A stretch of DNA of 63,988 nt, counting the filler, from Collodictyon triciliatum (Eukaryota): NCBI GenBank assembly GCA_043381765.1. It is 6 parts of 6 records of this genome, joined end to end, with 100 filler letters (N's around TTAATTAATTAA, not from the genome) between each part and the next. Parts side by side here need not be neighbours in the genome. Positions count along the whole stretch, not along the records: positions 35,166 to 46,781 come from JBHJMP010002350.1; positions 46,882 to 58,493 come from JBHJMP010002351.1; positions 58,594 to 63,988 come from JBHJMP010002383.1; 3 more parts are not named here. One strand, 5' to 3'. Positions 43,201 through 60,825 of this stretch are shown here, piece by piece. Numbering within the stretch: position 1 is the stretch's first letter; each line of letters opens with the position of its first letter. The position numbers and the translations under genes were made by a program. Below the pieces are notes generated by a model, which did not search any database, was not told the origin of the DNA, and worked only from the letters and a program-made list of their open reading frames with translations.

Positions 43201-46200
43201 TTTCAAAAATGAACAACTTAAGAGCCCTGATTTTATCAGGAAACCGAATTGAAGGTCTGATTTACATTATATCAAAAATCCTTGTTCAACAAATTGTTGT
43301 TTGGATTATAAATGTTGCATGTATATACTTGAATAGGACTTATGTCAAATGTAACTTTGAGTCCTTTCCTTACTCGACTCGATCTATCCAACAATTTTAT
43401 GATGGGTATGTTCTACATATATCAATAGTTTGTTTTGCCTATACAAAGAAAATTTTTGACATTACAAGATATTAAAATAATACATACGAAGGATCTATTC
43501 CAGCATTTGAATCTAGTACCATGATAGAAGAGTTACATCTTTCCAGAAATAACTTAATAGGTATTGTAATTATGAAGCAAAAAAAAAACTAAAGTTAAAT
43601 TATCCAAAATATCATCGCATGTAGTAGTTACCTATGAGATTTTTTTCTCAATTTTAGGCACTATTCCAAGTTTTGAGAGCCTTTCAAAGATAAGAAGATT
43701 TATTGCATATGAGAATGGCCTCAGTGGATTCACTCCAGAATTCGAAGCGTGTTTATTTCTTGAAGAAATTGTTTTATTTGGGAATAATATTTCTGGAACT
43801 CTGCCATCATTTCATTTGCGCAACCTCAAAATACTGGACCTCAGTCAAAATAGATTGTTTGGCTCCATGCCATCAAGCTTGAATATACCAAGCATCAGAT
43901 ATATATCTCTCTCCAGAAATATCTTGTATGGAATTCTGCCGGAATATTATTCAAAAATGTATCAATTACGCACCCTTGACTTATCTTACAATCGACTCAC
44001 TGGGAGTATCCCCCAGTTGTTCTGGAACCTAGCGAATTTGATATCAATAAATTTAAGGAACAATTATTTTTCGGGAGATATTGGAGAGTTCATATCACCC
44101 ATCACAACTATTGGGCAGTATAATTATACTTACGAGATTTTAATTCTTGACAATAATCGCCTCAGTGGATCTTTAAATTGGTGGATCTTTCAATATGCAA
44201 AAAATATAAGAAAATTTAGCATAAAAAACAACTTTATAACATTTATAGATGAACTTCCGAACCTACTTGAATGGAATCACCTAGATTTAACAGGAAATCC
44301 ATTGTCAGGAACAATACCAGATTCATATGTTAGGTTTTCCAAAATGGAGTATTTTGGTTTCAAAAACACAAATTTAAACCATGGGACTTCAAGTTACCTT
44401 CCAGTTTTTTTGTCGCCGACAGAATCCTTTAATTTGCAAGATTCTAGTATGCTTTATATGTGCCCAGAAATTACATCCACACATGGTCTGATGACTACAA
44501 AAGTCGATTTGGATGCCAATTACTTCGATTATTCTCTCTGTAAATGTTTGCCAAATTACTTTGGGTATGGAAAAATATGCAAAGAATGCCCCAGAGAATG
44601 TGACTGTTCTGATGGAACATCCTTGAAAGGATGTTTTGCTTCTCCTAATGTCGTCGATGTTGAACACATACTTCCTTGTCCTCACCCTGATGCTTGCCAT
44701 ACGGTTATACCAAAGAAACATTCGAATACTACAACTCCATCTTCAATGAATGATCTATGCAAAAGAGGCTATGAAGGTCATGCATGCTCCAAGTGTAGTA
44801 AAGGCTATGGAAAGCAAGGGAGATTATGCACAAAATGCAACAAAGCATCAGTATACTCTACCTTGATAGTGATTCCTATATTCTATTGCTTTTTTATTGG
44901 CTACTTATTCTTCCACGAAGTGTCTTCATCAGGTTATATTGATAACTTTCCATACTATCACAATCAAACTTATTTAGATTTATTTTATTCTTCAAAATGT
45001 TAAAATGTGTATGTTACCACAGCGAAGCTGCGAATAGTACTGTTTCACATGCAAACATTATCAATATTGTCGACTGTGTTCTTGAAATCAGAAAGTGCGA
45101 ACAAACTTATCGACGTATCATTTTCCGTCGGATCTTTCCAATTGCCCAATCTTTCCTGTATATTGGAATCAAGCGATGCTGTTCAGTCAACCATCTTCAG
45201 CTTCACAAGGATACCGATCATCGTTGCCTCAGGGTTACTTATGTTCAGTGTCACTAAGGGACATACGCAAAACAAAGTATAAGATCATTATGAATTATAC
45301 ATCGTAATTTTATCAAAAATTTTCTCTAATAGATTTATAATTAATTGTTTCATCTGTAGGTTATCTACATCTTATTCAATCTGCTGTTTTTCATCTACTA
45401 CTCAATTGCACAAGAGGTCTTTGGGGTTTTTGGTTGTACAGTCATCGACCATGGTAGTGGAGTGTGGTATCTCAACTCTGCTCCGTGGATTGAATGCAAT
45501 CCTCTTTCAAATGAATTTGGATACATGGTAGGTCTCTCAATACCTGTTTTGGTGATATTTATGTTTGGGTATCCCATTTTCATTTGGTGGAAGCTGAAGC
45601 AAATAACGGATTCATCTGGAAGTGATTCAAGAATTCGATATGGGTTTTTATTTATGTCCTACAAGGAGGTATTGTGCAAAATATGGAAAAATTCAAAAAA
45701 AAATCGGCAATCTGGTCATTCATATGAAATTGCAATATTTTACTGATCTTATTTAGAATTTTATTTTATACTGTAAATAGTATAGTAATATGAGCTTAAA
45801 AAATTTTATTTAGTCATTCAAATTCTGGGAGTTTGTCATAATTATGCGAAGAATAGCGTTTTCTTTCGTAGTCAGTGTGATACCATACACTCATCCGTCC
45901 ATACTGTTTACTTCCTTGATAATATTAATTCAGGTTGTATAATTTACTAAATTTATGAATGATTAAATACAAAACTATTGATTATCCCATTGCTAATAAA
46001 TTTTTCATAGGTATTCATATGGATCCAAAAACACTACTATCCTTACGTCTCTCTCGTTGAAAATCACATGGAGTTATCCAGCCTTTACGTTATCTTTATA
46101 TCCTTCTTTCTCGGACTTCTTTCAAGCTTTATCGGCTCCGCGGTCTGGATTCCAGTTTTGTTGATAGTAGTTAACGTTGTTTGGCTGGCTGCTTCAGCAT

Positions 46201-46292
46201 TTCTTGTCTTTGTTATCCCTATCTTGAAAAAATCTAAGGTGACTGCAGTTAATGTCATAGAGACCGAACTGAGTCGCGTCAATGCAGGGTGA
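40273..46292 (+). CDS. Signal peptide - LRRNT - plant-type LRRs - Cys-rich region - multi-pass (about 7TM, GPCR-like) receptor; 20 exons
   Basis: Signal peptide MKTDLMGWGNSTLLSYLIVVMVLSYCAS; N-cap WLQNNGW..FCKWDGVIC; many LxLxxNxLxGxIP repeats; CKCLPNYFG..CKECP and CKRGYEGHACSKCSKGY; TM region with KLRIVLFHMQ, YGFLFMSYK and FWEFVIIMRR; stop TGA 46290-46292. Confidence 0.88.
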
Positions 46293-46317
46293 ATAAAAAT
46301 CACCACTTTTTTTTTTT

Positions 46318-46506
46318 ACTTGTTATTTATACACGTGCCGTAGTGACTGAAAATTAAGGGCGGTACAATATTATGATTCCGAATCACAAAGACAATTTAT
46401 TCATTAATCAAAGTGATTAAAAATATGAACACTTTAATTAAAACATCTGCTCCTTTTCAAATTTTGTCGAAACGCACTGATGAAATGTACATTGCTTAAA
46501 TATTTG

Positions 46507-46570
<64 letters not shown>

Positions 46571-46755
46571 GTTATTTATACACGTGCCGCAGTGACTGAA
46601 AATTAAGGGCGGTACAATATTATGATTCCGAATCACAAAGACAATTTATTCATTATCAAAGTGATTAAAAATATGAACACTTTAATTAAAACATCTGCTC
46701 CTTTTCAAATTTTGTCGAAACGCACTGATGAAATGTACTTTGCTTAAATATTTGC
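46318..46755. repeat. Near-identical direct duplication of about 190 nt (46318-46507 and 46567-46755) separated by poly-T
   Basis: Only three differences seen (GCCGTAG/GCCGCAG, CATTAATC/CATTATC, GTACATT/GTACTTT); at a scaffold end, possibly uncollapsed alleles. Confidence 0.85.
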
Positions 46756-46781
46756 TTTTTTTTTTTTGTATAGTTTTTTTT

Positions 46782-46881
46782 NNNNNNNNNNNNNNNNNNN
46801 NNNNNNNNNNNNNNNNNNNNNNNNNTTAATTAATTAANNNNNNNNNNNNNNNNNNNNNNNNNNNNNNNNNNNNNNNNNNNN
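46782..46881. other. Artificial scaffold linker
   Basis: N44-TTAATTAATTAA-N44. Confidence 0.97.
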
Positions 46882-46884
46882 AAA

Positions 46885-46971
<87 letters not shown>

Positions 46972-47609
46972 AAAAATAAAACAACCGCATAAAATCGATT
47001 TATGTAGAATTAAGCATCTGCCGAGACTCTCAAAATGTGTGCATTGTGGCAAACAGACACACACAAAGTTTTTTTAAGTGATTTGAGACAAAACCCCGAG
47101 AGCCGATTCGGCGAGTTCGAAAGGACAGCTGTATAGCTATTGCGACTGAAAGTCAACATACCGGCCCCAAGCAACATGATTACCGCCGCAAGTGTGGATG
47201 GTATGCTTTTTTGAAATGCATGTTTGGTGGCAGGTTTACAGGCTGGATTCTATCTGGGCCAAAGTAAGGGTTTGTTTGTCATCTTTAATTTTAATGATAA
47301 TATTGCATAAATGAAAACAAAACATAGATTAATTACAGAAATAGTATGAGGTTATTAAGTATTTTTAACCTTATTAACATATACTAATCATACTATTATA
47401 TTTGCAGGTTGTTTCTGGATTCATCAAAGCTTCTGCTTTCATCAATCCAGATTTAATTCGGTGGTTGTCTGTGCAATAAACAGCTATAGATGAGTACACT
47501 TTCGTTGTATAAAAAGTGTTGTGCCTTGAAAGGGATAAAACCAAGTTCGTCACGACCTTTGTAATGACGCTTATCCATTAATAGGCTAATTGAGATCGAA
47601 GAAAGGAAA

Positions 47610-47639
47610 GAAAAAACAAAAAACATAAAAAAACATAAA

Positions 47640-47738
<99 letters not shown>

Positions 47739-47875
47739 ATAAAAAAAACATAAAAAAACATAAAAAAACATAAAAAAACATAAAAAAACATAAAAAAAAC
47801 ATAAAAAAACATAAAAAAACATAAAAAAACATAAAAAAACATAAAAAAACATAAAAAAACATAAAAAACATAAAA
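47610..47875. repeat. (AAAAAAACAT)n plus poly-A low-complexity tract
   Basis: Direct repeats. Confidence 0.9.
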
Positions 47876-50800
47876 GGAAATAGGACAAAAGACAACCATC
47901 GTTCAGCACAAGATCAAGCAAATAGACAAACATAAAAAGGGAAGAATGTAATAACGATGTCGCCAAAAGGCACAAAATAAGCTCTCAGTGAGACTTTTTT
48001 TTTTTTTTTTTATTGAATGAGGCCAAAGAAAGGTTCGAGGTTGGAGCAGCCTAACAAATGCCAACACAGAATTTAATATATATGAAAGAACATAAGCAGA
48101 GGGATAAAGAATAAGAGTCTATTGAAAAATCCTCTCAATGCTTTCGCTCCATTTATACGCCTTGTGTAGCACTTGAGTTCTAATGCTGGTCAACCAAAGC
48201 CAGCTAAAATTTTTTTTAAGAATATAAGCATCACCATCGTATCTGAAAGATGCATCAGTTCTTTTCAGTAACAGATCAAGCAATCAATTGACTATTTTTT
48301 TTTTTTTTAGATTTAGCATCGATACATATATTGAACTGCTTAATCTAACACCAAAATCCGGTTGCACTCACAGAGTCATATTTTGTATTCGATAAAAATA
48401 TTTGTATCGGACCAATCAACCAAAAAATATAACAAAGGCGGCAAAGTAAGATTTATCAAGAACTTAAAATGAGAGGATATTATTTGATGGAATATTTAAG
48501 CAATTCTTCAAAGAAATCGACTCCAACTCCAGCTCACAATTTAGAAGTGAAACAAATGCCACAATTTTCTTTAAAAATGACAGTCGATATAATCATTTCG
48601 AAGATAATTGATAAACTTCACATGTGCGAACTAAATGACCTTTTCTCCGTCAATCAAGTTCAAATATGCAATTACGCATGAATCTTGTCCTGGATTCATG
48701 TTACAATCTTATAAAATATAAAAATCACACCAATTTTAATTTATTGGAATACCCCTGTCAACATTTAACTTAACGCACAAAAAATGCATTATGGACTTGT
48801 GCTTGTGGTCAAAAAAGGAAAAGAAAGGGGATAAAAATATCTTCATGATTGAAATTCAACACCTTCAATGAGGTTTTTTCTCATCAGAATACCTCAGAAA
48901 TCTTAGTACACTTTTTTAAATTAAATTTTCTATCTAAATATACTTCACATACAGAAAAGAGGACCATATTTAATTTTCATCCAACCACACAGTTAACTTG
49001 GGTCACATATACATTTTATCGAGTGTAGATAATATGCATTTTTTCCCAGACGGACTCAAATTGGATTGGATATTAAATTTTTTAAAATAAAATCCATGTA
49101 TAATTACAAAAAAGCTCAAAAATATTTGGATACTTTATTTTACTACGAAATCCAACATGCAAGATTCACATGCATTCTGATATTCTTCCAACTTTATTGT
49201 GAATTACTTACATTTTTATGTTAAATTGAGCTTTTTGATAATTTTAAAGATGAAAAATGGTATCTACAGACTTTAACTTCACCTGAAATATCAAAAAAAT
49301 ATTAATATCCTAGTAAATGATAAATAAAATAATCAAGCACTCAATAACTCAAAAAAAGCTATAATAATCACATACAAAAATGGAGTATACATATTAAATG
49401 AAACATTCATGCCATATTGAGTGCCCCTAAATAACAATAAGTTTCGGCTCTGGAATCAATTAATTATTCATTTAAATAGATTCGGGTGTACTAAAGATTT
49501 GTCTGAATATATATATATATACATTAAATATTATGGTCAATCGAAAGCGGAAATATACTTACTCATCACGTTATAAATAAAAATAGATACAATCGAAATG
49601 GATGGAAAACATATAAAATCTGTGAAAGAGGGACCTTTTCATCTACCACATGAAGGAAAAGTGAAGACTGGTTGGGAGTGGACAGCTCCTAGTTTTCTTG
49701 ATGGTATGAAGAGAAGGTCTAATAAAAAACAATAGGGTTTCTGGGTTGTGTTATGTGTGAGAGTAGCTTCATATTTATACAGGCAACCATAAAAAATTCA
49801 AAATATTAATTTTATAATTTAAGACGTCAGAGTTTGAATAAGTCCGAAAACTGCAATTTGAATGCTTTTTTCAATACATTATCGAACCTACCAAGAAAAT
49901 ATCGAATTAATTTAGCACTCTTTACATATTATTTATCTTCAGAAAAATAAATTATTCAGCATAATTTCCCCTCTCTCTTCACATAAGCATAATTGCCCTT
50001 CGATTTCGCGGTAATAGGGGAAATGAGTAATACAATGAGCCTCTATGATAAGCCTGATTTTTTCACCAAGAAATAATCTTGTTTATAATTCACTTCATGT
50101 CCTTTCAGGATTATCTCTTGGAATCGAAAACCATTCAAGTAATGTATTACCATTTGAATTTATAATATGTCGAAAGTAATCCAATATTTTAACTTTTTCA
50201 AGAAAAGGTAAGCATTTTCACACTGCCTAAATCTGTAGTGAGCAAAAATTCTTACTTTCTGTTATAAATGACGAATTTAAAACGTAATTAAAAGACTTAT
50301 GCCCAGCAGTGTTTTAAGTTTTATGCAATTCACCTCCAAGAAAGAGCTTCATTATCCCAAAAACTTCCTTCCTGGCTGGTAGAAATGGAAACAACGCACT
50401 TGAGCTATCTCAACTACTTCTACAGTTTGAGGGATTTTGCTCATATGTGTAGTGTTTATGTATGATAAGCTATATTCTCCTCTGCATAATTCTTTTGAAT
50501 GTGTTCATCCTTTTTAATATACCAAGGTTTTCTTATATTTTATCCTTGAAGGAATTTCGATTTTACAGATAATCGAAATTAACTCCCTCACTTTCCTAAA
50601 AAAAGATAACCGTGTGTTGTTTCGAATATGATATTGAGCACGAAATATTGAAACCGTGGATACGTCACGCTCTTTTATATGTGAGTATATCTTAGCTCTG
50701 AACACATAATCTCATATAAATCTGCAGCTATATTGCTCATTAAAATTCTTTTAGAAGTAACACTCCTTCACATAGACATCTATAATTCAAGAAAGTTTGG

Positions 50801-51900
50801 ATTCTCACCGTTTAGTTATCTACTTAATTTCTGAGAACAAATATAAAAATTATTTATAGCTTTGTGATTTCTCTATTTTCAAGAAGGCAAGCTTGATTAT
50901 TTTTAAATATTTAATAATTCTGGCATAATTATAATAAAAAATAGATTGCACATTAAACCTGACCTAGATCTGCATAGAAGAGCAATCCTAAAAAATTTTT
51001 CATGCTGATTCTATCCGATGAATATATTAAATAAAATTGCAAGCATGCATAATTAACGTTTGCACCTACTGAGGAAACGAGAGGGATCATATCTATGTTA
51101 TAATTCGGTTTTGAATTGAAGCCTTTCATCAATTAGTATTTAAATACTTTTCATAGCATTTTTAATTCGATTCCACCTAGACCCTGCATTATGAATATCT
51201 AACAGAATATTCATTCAAAATCATAAAAATATCAGCATTTATATGTTAATGACTCGAAAAGAAGTAATATAGCTCGATAAATTTTCTCGAAGTTTATAGA
51301 AAAGAGTATCGGAAAGACATACCATATTATGTTTTACAATTTTAATATATAGTGAGATATTTACATAAAATGCACTTTTTTAGAAAAAATGAGTGCTTTT
51401 AATTTAATTCGGACTCGATTTTTACTAACAAATTGACATGATTTAAATTTATGATCAAAGTCTTCTCACGAAAATATCTCGATTAACTATCAGATAATTA
51501 CATATTATGAAAAAATCTTGAAATCAATCTGATTCAATTTAATAAAAAAGGGGTTTTCTTTTCAAATAACTTACGCGATTTAAATTTCATAATTTTTTAC
51601 ATTTTTTGCTTTTAATGATAAGTATAAATGTAATAATCATATTTATTTACTTATACACCAATTTGAACTGTCAAGATAATATAATTCGTCAAAATAGTGG
51701 AGTTTTAGTCCTCGCTATGATATAAGCCAAAATAAATTTCAAAATTCTATTTCAAAAATATACTTAGTAATGCAATAATTAAGAAAATAAAATAAAAGAT
51801 GAGAGAGGTGACGAGTTAAACAAAAAGAATAACATACAATTATAGTATATTCTGAAGTCTTTTAAATCTCATTAATTATTCACATTCAATAAGAAGGAAG

Positions 51901-56056
<4,156 letters not shown>

Positions 56057-58253
56057 GAGATTCTCTCCTCTTGTGCAACCCAACCACTCGAATCAGCCAA
56101 CAACCTCAAAGTCCCCTTTTCAGTATAAAATAGCCAGAATATTCACACACGATAGCCATCAAATTGCTTGGGTAATACGATTACTGGTTTTATTGCAGAT
56201 TTTGGATGAAAGGAGTAAAATAAAAACTCAGAAATTGACTCAAATTATCAAGTAATACCTGTTAATATGACATATTATGTTGTTTCTTTTATAATATCAA
56301 CCTTGAATTTGCATCACAATATAAGGAATTATGATGGGCTTTTTTATAATGTGCTGCTGATACTATGCTTTCATTATGTTGATATTTTATTTATTTTTCG
56401 CTGTGCAGCAAGCCTCCAATTTTCTTTTCAATAAAAAGATGCTGTTTTTTCTTGCATTACCACCAGAAGGGACCCCTTATGCATGTGCTTTTTTCTCTTC
56501 ATTCTGCCTTATTGTATATTCTCCATTACTGCGATGTCTATTAGTATGCACTGCTATTTCGATTAATCTCTGGCCGAATATGAAATTTATATTATTGATT
56601 CATTCTCGATGTATTAAACGTGATGATATGGTTGTGGAGTTCTGAATCTTACAGATTTATTGGTAGCACTTAATAATACTACAATACTACAATACTACAA
56701 TATTAGATTGATCTACACACCAGAAATCGTAGATTCATCATCTTTCATATTTTCTAGTTTATGTATTTTCCTTTTTCCTTCTTTTAGTTTCTGTATATTA
56801 CTTTTTTTGCTTCTAAATTGATTTTATGATTTATGCTTTCAGCTCGTCAAAATTTATCTATTTTTATCGATATTCATATTTTATAAAACTCATAAACAAA
56901 ATCAATTTGTTAATATGACATGAGTTTTTTTAAAAGATCACATATGCATATTGTGAATGATATTGTTCCGATTTAAATTCAATTTTATAACCTTGAAAAA
57001 TTAGGAGATTTGATTTATTGTGGATTTAATAATATATTATTGGAATATTCATTGATTAGTTTTTTCATGCGCATTATATTTGAATTTATGTTAATACCTA
57101 ATTTGCATAAAGCATTAAGTGGTTCTGTTTTCATGTCATAAACTGGGAATGAATATTTATGACGAATAATTAATACAATAACTAAAATGGAAGAAAGCTA
57201 CTCATAAAAAGAAAAGATTTCGCATTTTTTCTCATGAAAGTAAAAATAACTAGGATAAAGGCCAAAGCGTAAGATGCAATTCTTGATAACCAACTACTTA
57301 TCTGCCAATAGCCCCAGTAGCTTCCACGAAAACGATGCCTAGCAAACCAAGGCCAAAAAATCCACATGGTAGATTTAAAAATACAGAAATAAAAAAGCAT
57401 CAAAAGGGAAGTATTTTATTCGATTATTAAAATTTACGCCGGAAATAACTTCTGGTAAAGTATTCTCCTATACAGTTAGAAGAATAATATCACCTCATGT
57501 AACAATTATATATTTTTTTCATTATTTTCAATCGTGTAAAAAGTATGATTAATTAATTTTTTCATATCATCTTCTATCTTCAGCGCCCTTAATGATCATG
57601 CATAATGCGTGTCATCTCCAACTGGGATAATATCACATAGAATAAACAATCAGAGACAAATTTTATTTCTCTATTCTTGATTTTTATCTCGAAATAAGGC
57701 GCCCAAGGTAAGAGTGTAAAAAAATACATTGCAATGATAAAACATATCAACTTTATTTAAAAGTTAATATATGAAACATATAGGTGTAAATCAAATGAAA
57801 AATTTAAAAAATCGTTGTCTTAATCATAAAATCGGTGCCTTAATGATGAAATCGGTATCTTAATCGTGAACTGTGATTGTATATCATTTCAATCTCCCCT
57901 GTTTTCAAGAAGCGCACCCTTTTTTACCACTCAAGACATACAATTTTCACATATCGCAATTGCTTGCTTTTTCTGGATTTCTTATATTATTGGTTACTTG
58001 GGTAGAAATACTTTTTTTTAACATCCTCTATGTTCACAACAAGAAGGAGATTTCAGCAATAACGTGTTGAAATCTATCACAGTACTTGGCTGAGATTACC
58101 CATCCGCGCTGACGTGAAGAAAAACTGCCTCTACCTTTCAGTAGGACCAGCTTATTCTTTGTAGATTCAGCAATTAAACCACGTGGAGTGTGCCTGATGA
58201 ATGAAATTTTTTCCTAAAAATTCGCTTTTAGGTTGCTTTTTGCAAAGGTCATA

Positions 58254-58493
<240 letters not shown>

Positions 58494-58593
58494 NNNNNNN
58501 NNNNNNNNNNNNNNNNNNNNNNNNNNNNNNNNNNNNNTTAATTAATTAANNNNNNNNNNNNNNNNNNNNNNNNNNNNNNNNNNNNNNNNNNNN
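58494..58593. other. Artificial scaffold linker
   Basis: N44-TTAATTAATTAA-N44. Confidence 0.97.
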
Positions 58594-58594
58594 G

Positions 58595-58705
58595 GGCGAG
58601 TTCTCTGAGGCCCGCGAGGATCTGGCGGCTCTGGAGAAGGACTACGAGGAGGTCGGAGCTGAGTCTGCCGAGGGCGAGGGCGAGGAGAACGAGGAGGAGT
58701 TCTAA
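58595..58705 (+). CDS. TUBA: Alpha-tubulin, C-terminal fragment
   Basis: [36 protein letters not shown]; strong GC3 bias; not in the ORF track. Confidence 0.97.
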   Translation, partial: GEFSEAREDLAALEKDYEEVGAESAEGEGEENEEEF

Positions 58706-60094
58706 GTCTTGCCGCTCTGGATGACCGCAGTACATAAACCCACCGAAACCCCGCATTGTACAGCGTCGGCTTGCAATTACCCGCTTTCTATTGCACTCGT
58801 GTGTTGTCTCCTTGCAAATGTGTCTGGGCGCGTCGCCTTCTACACCCGCGGAAGAAAAAAAAATCTGCTAGAATAACAACCCTGCAGATGCGGGACATCT
58901 GGTTGTTGCCACGCCCCGGCGATCCCTCTCCAAATCTCTGTCTCCCTTATGGTAGCCATCTTTGGGGAACGGCTAGAATGTCGTGAAAGATAGAATCCCT
59001 TTGCGAAGGATTATCTGCGCTCACTGCACCAAAGCCAACAGCCCCACCACCCTGCGCCAAATTGAAAGGAAGAACAAAAATATATTGGAAATTGATAGAG
59101 AATCATAATAACGAATAACATGGAACGTAGATTGTTGAGCTTCTATGAACGAGCCTGCCTCAACAATCAATCTGAAGGCACCTTACAACGAAGGTTACAA
59201 CAGCACAAAGAGCATCAAACGGACACCATTCGGGATTTCGGATCTTCCGTGCTGGGCCGACACAATAAATATGCACTCCAAACATTTACGTTTGTTGGGG
59301 CTCTGTGACGGGGTAGCCGACTTATACTTGCAAAAGAAAACAGTCAATCTGATTATCATTCCAGATTGATTCCATGGTATGACCGGAATGGACACCAACC
59401 ACCTCGCAAATTAGACTTGAAATCTATAAGGATGACTGAATTGGCTCTTACAATCATGCCAGAGAGTATCTTGCTCATGCTGAATCTGACACTCCTGTGT
59501 GTTCGCAGGGACATAGTAATCGCTCGATTTACCAAAACCCGCAAGGAAATCTACATATAAAAATCACAACCCAGGAGCTTAATAATTGTAAAAAATTATG
59601 TTGAAATTAAAGGTTACATCAACATCAACAGCAATAGCAGGAAAAATATTAAAGAAAGCAATGAAATTAAAGAGATGAATTCCGATGTTGACGGAGCTAG
59701 TTCATAGAGTTCCCTTAGTCTATTTGTTTCATTCATTCAATAAGAAACGTGGACATTTCAGAGAATGTGGTAATAATCAGCAAGATAATGCACACATGAT
59801 TAACCCCTATGTGTTGCTTCAAAGTGTTATTTCCTCGACATAATACACATCTTCCTACACATACTAGCTAACAAGCATCCCCACCACCGTCACTCGACCC
59901 TGCAAGCTTGAAATACTCAACCCGTCAAACAATTGAATATGATATATTTCAAAATTGTCAGCCGCAACCAAGAAAAAAAAGTATTAATCCATTAATTCTT
60001 TTATGTCGTCATTTTTATCCTATTTCCTCTCATTGTAAAATCGAAATATTTGGTCTCATGTAACCCGAATACAATTGTAGTCAAATTTATGATT

Positions 60095-60825
60095 TTACAC
60101 GGGCGGCTGAAGAGTAAAGAGGGGGGGGGGGAATGGTGACTGCAACCCTAATGAATGCAGATTAATTAAAGAGATACAGGGAAAATTCAGAATCGGGAAG
60201 GGGTTGGCTTTGGTTCGCTGGCCATCGTTTGCATGGACGCTACTTGGTGGCCGGGTGGCAGAGAAGTAGTCAGCAATCAGCAATTGCATCCTGCGGTTTG
60301 GCCTGTAGCCTGGGTTTTGTGCTTGCAGGAGAAAGACAAGGCAAGGTTGAATCTCTTTCTTGGCTTCTTTCCACATGTCTCTTCTCACAGGGTCTGAGTA
60401 GTAGAGAACGTGCGGGTGGAGGAGGAAACTGTAGAGAAAAGAGATTTGTATGATGTCATCCAGCCTATTGTCAGGAATGGATGGCTGGTTGTTCAGTCTT
60501 GGTTTGCGTAAGTATATGCGTGCTTTCCACATAGTCCATAGCAGATGGCCTCGCGTCACTGCCCAGAATGTTTTTTCGCATCTGAACGCAGCTGTTGCAG
60601 AGGCTCAAATATCGCCTTGACTGGACCAACAACCGCAGCCGTCTTGAGTGTCAGTCGAAGAATCTCACCGGCTGTTTCGCGCAGGTTTTGAGCAAAGGGA
60701 CATTGCACAAATGTGTGCTCAATGGATTCATCACCGTTGCTGTAAAGCGTGCATTGTTGGGAGACTTTGCCAGCTTTTGCCGCGCGTGTGCCTATCCATA
60801 GCTCCCTATTGGTGATATTAAGCCT
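60095..60825 (-). mobile_element. 5'-truncated, degenerate non-LTR retrotransposon (L1/Tx1-like ORF2 C-terminus, zf-RVT motif)
   Basis: Minus strand reads ITNRELWIGTR...QCTLYSNGDESIEHTFVQCPFAQ (decayed CxxC..ExxxHxxxxC), then after a frameshift FWAVTRGHLLWTMWKAR (WxxWxxR motif); intronless and GC-richer than the flanks. Confidence 0.7.

Noticed and set aside
46318-46755. 190-nt direct repeat as a MITE/SINE or LTR pair
   Set aside because: No TIR, TSD or internal sequence; scaffold-end position and three differences fit an allelic or assembly duplication better.
47170-47500. Possible two-exon fragment (GTAAGG donor near 47264, TTGCAG acceptor near 47406)
   Set aside because: No frame gives a recognisable or long product; cannot support a call.
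58990-59560. GC-richer block with several short ORFs on both strands
   Set aside because: Stops in all frames tried and no motif; possibly a decayed exon or element.
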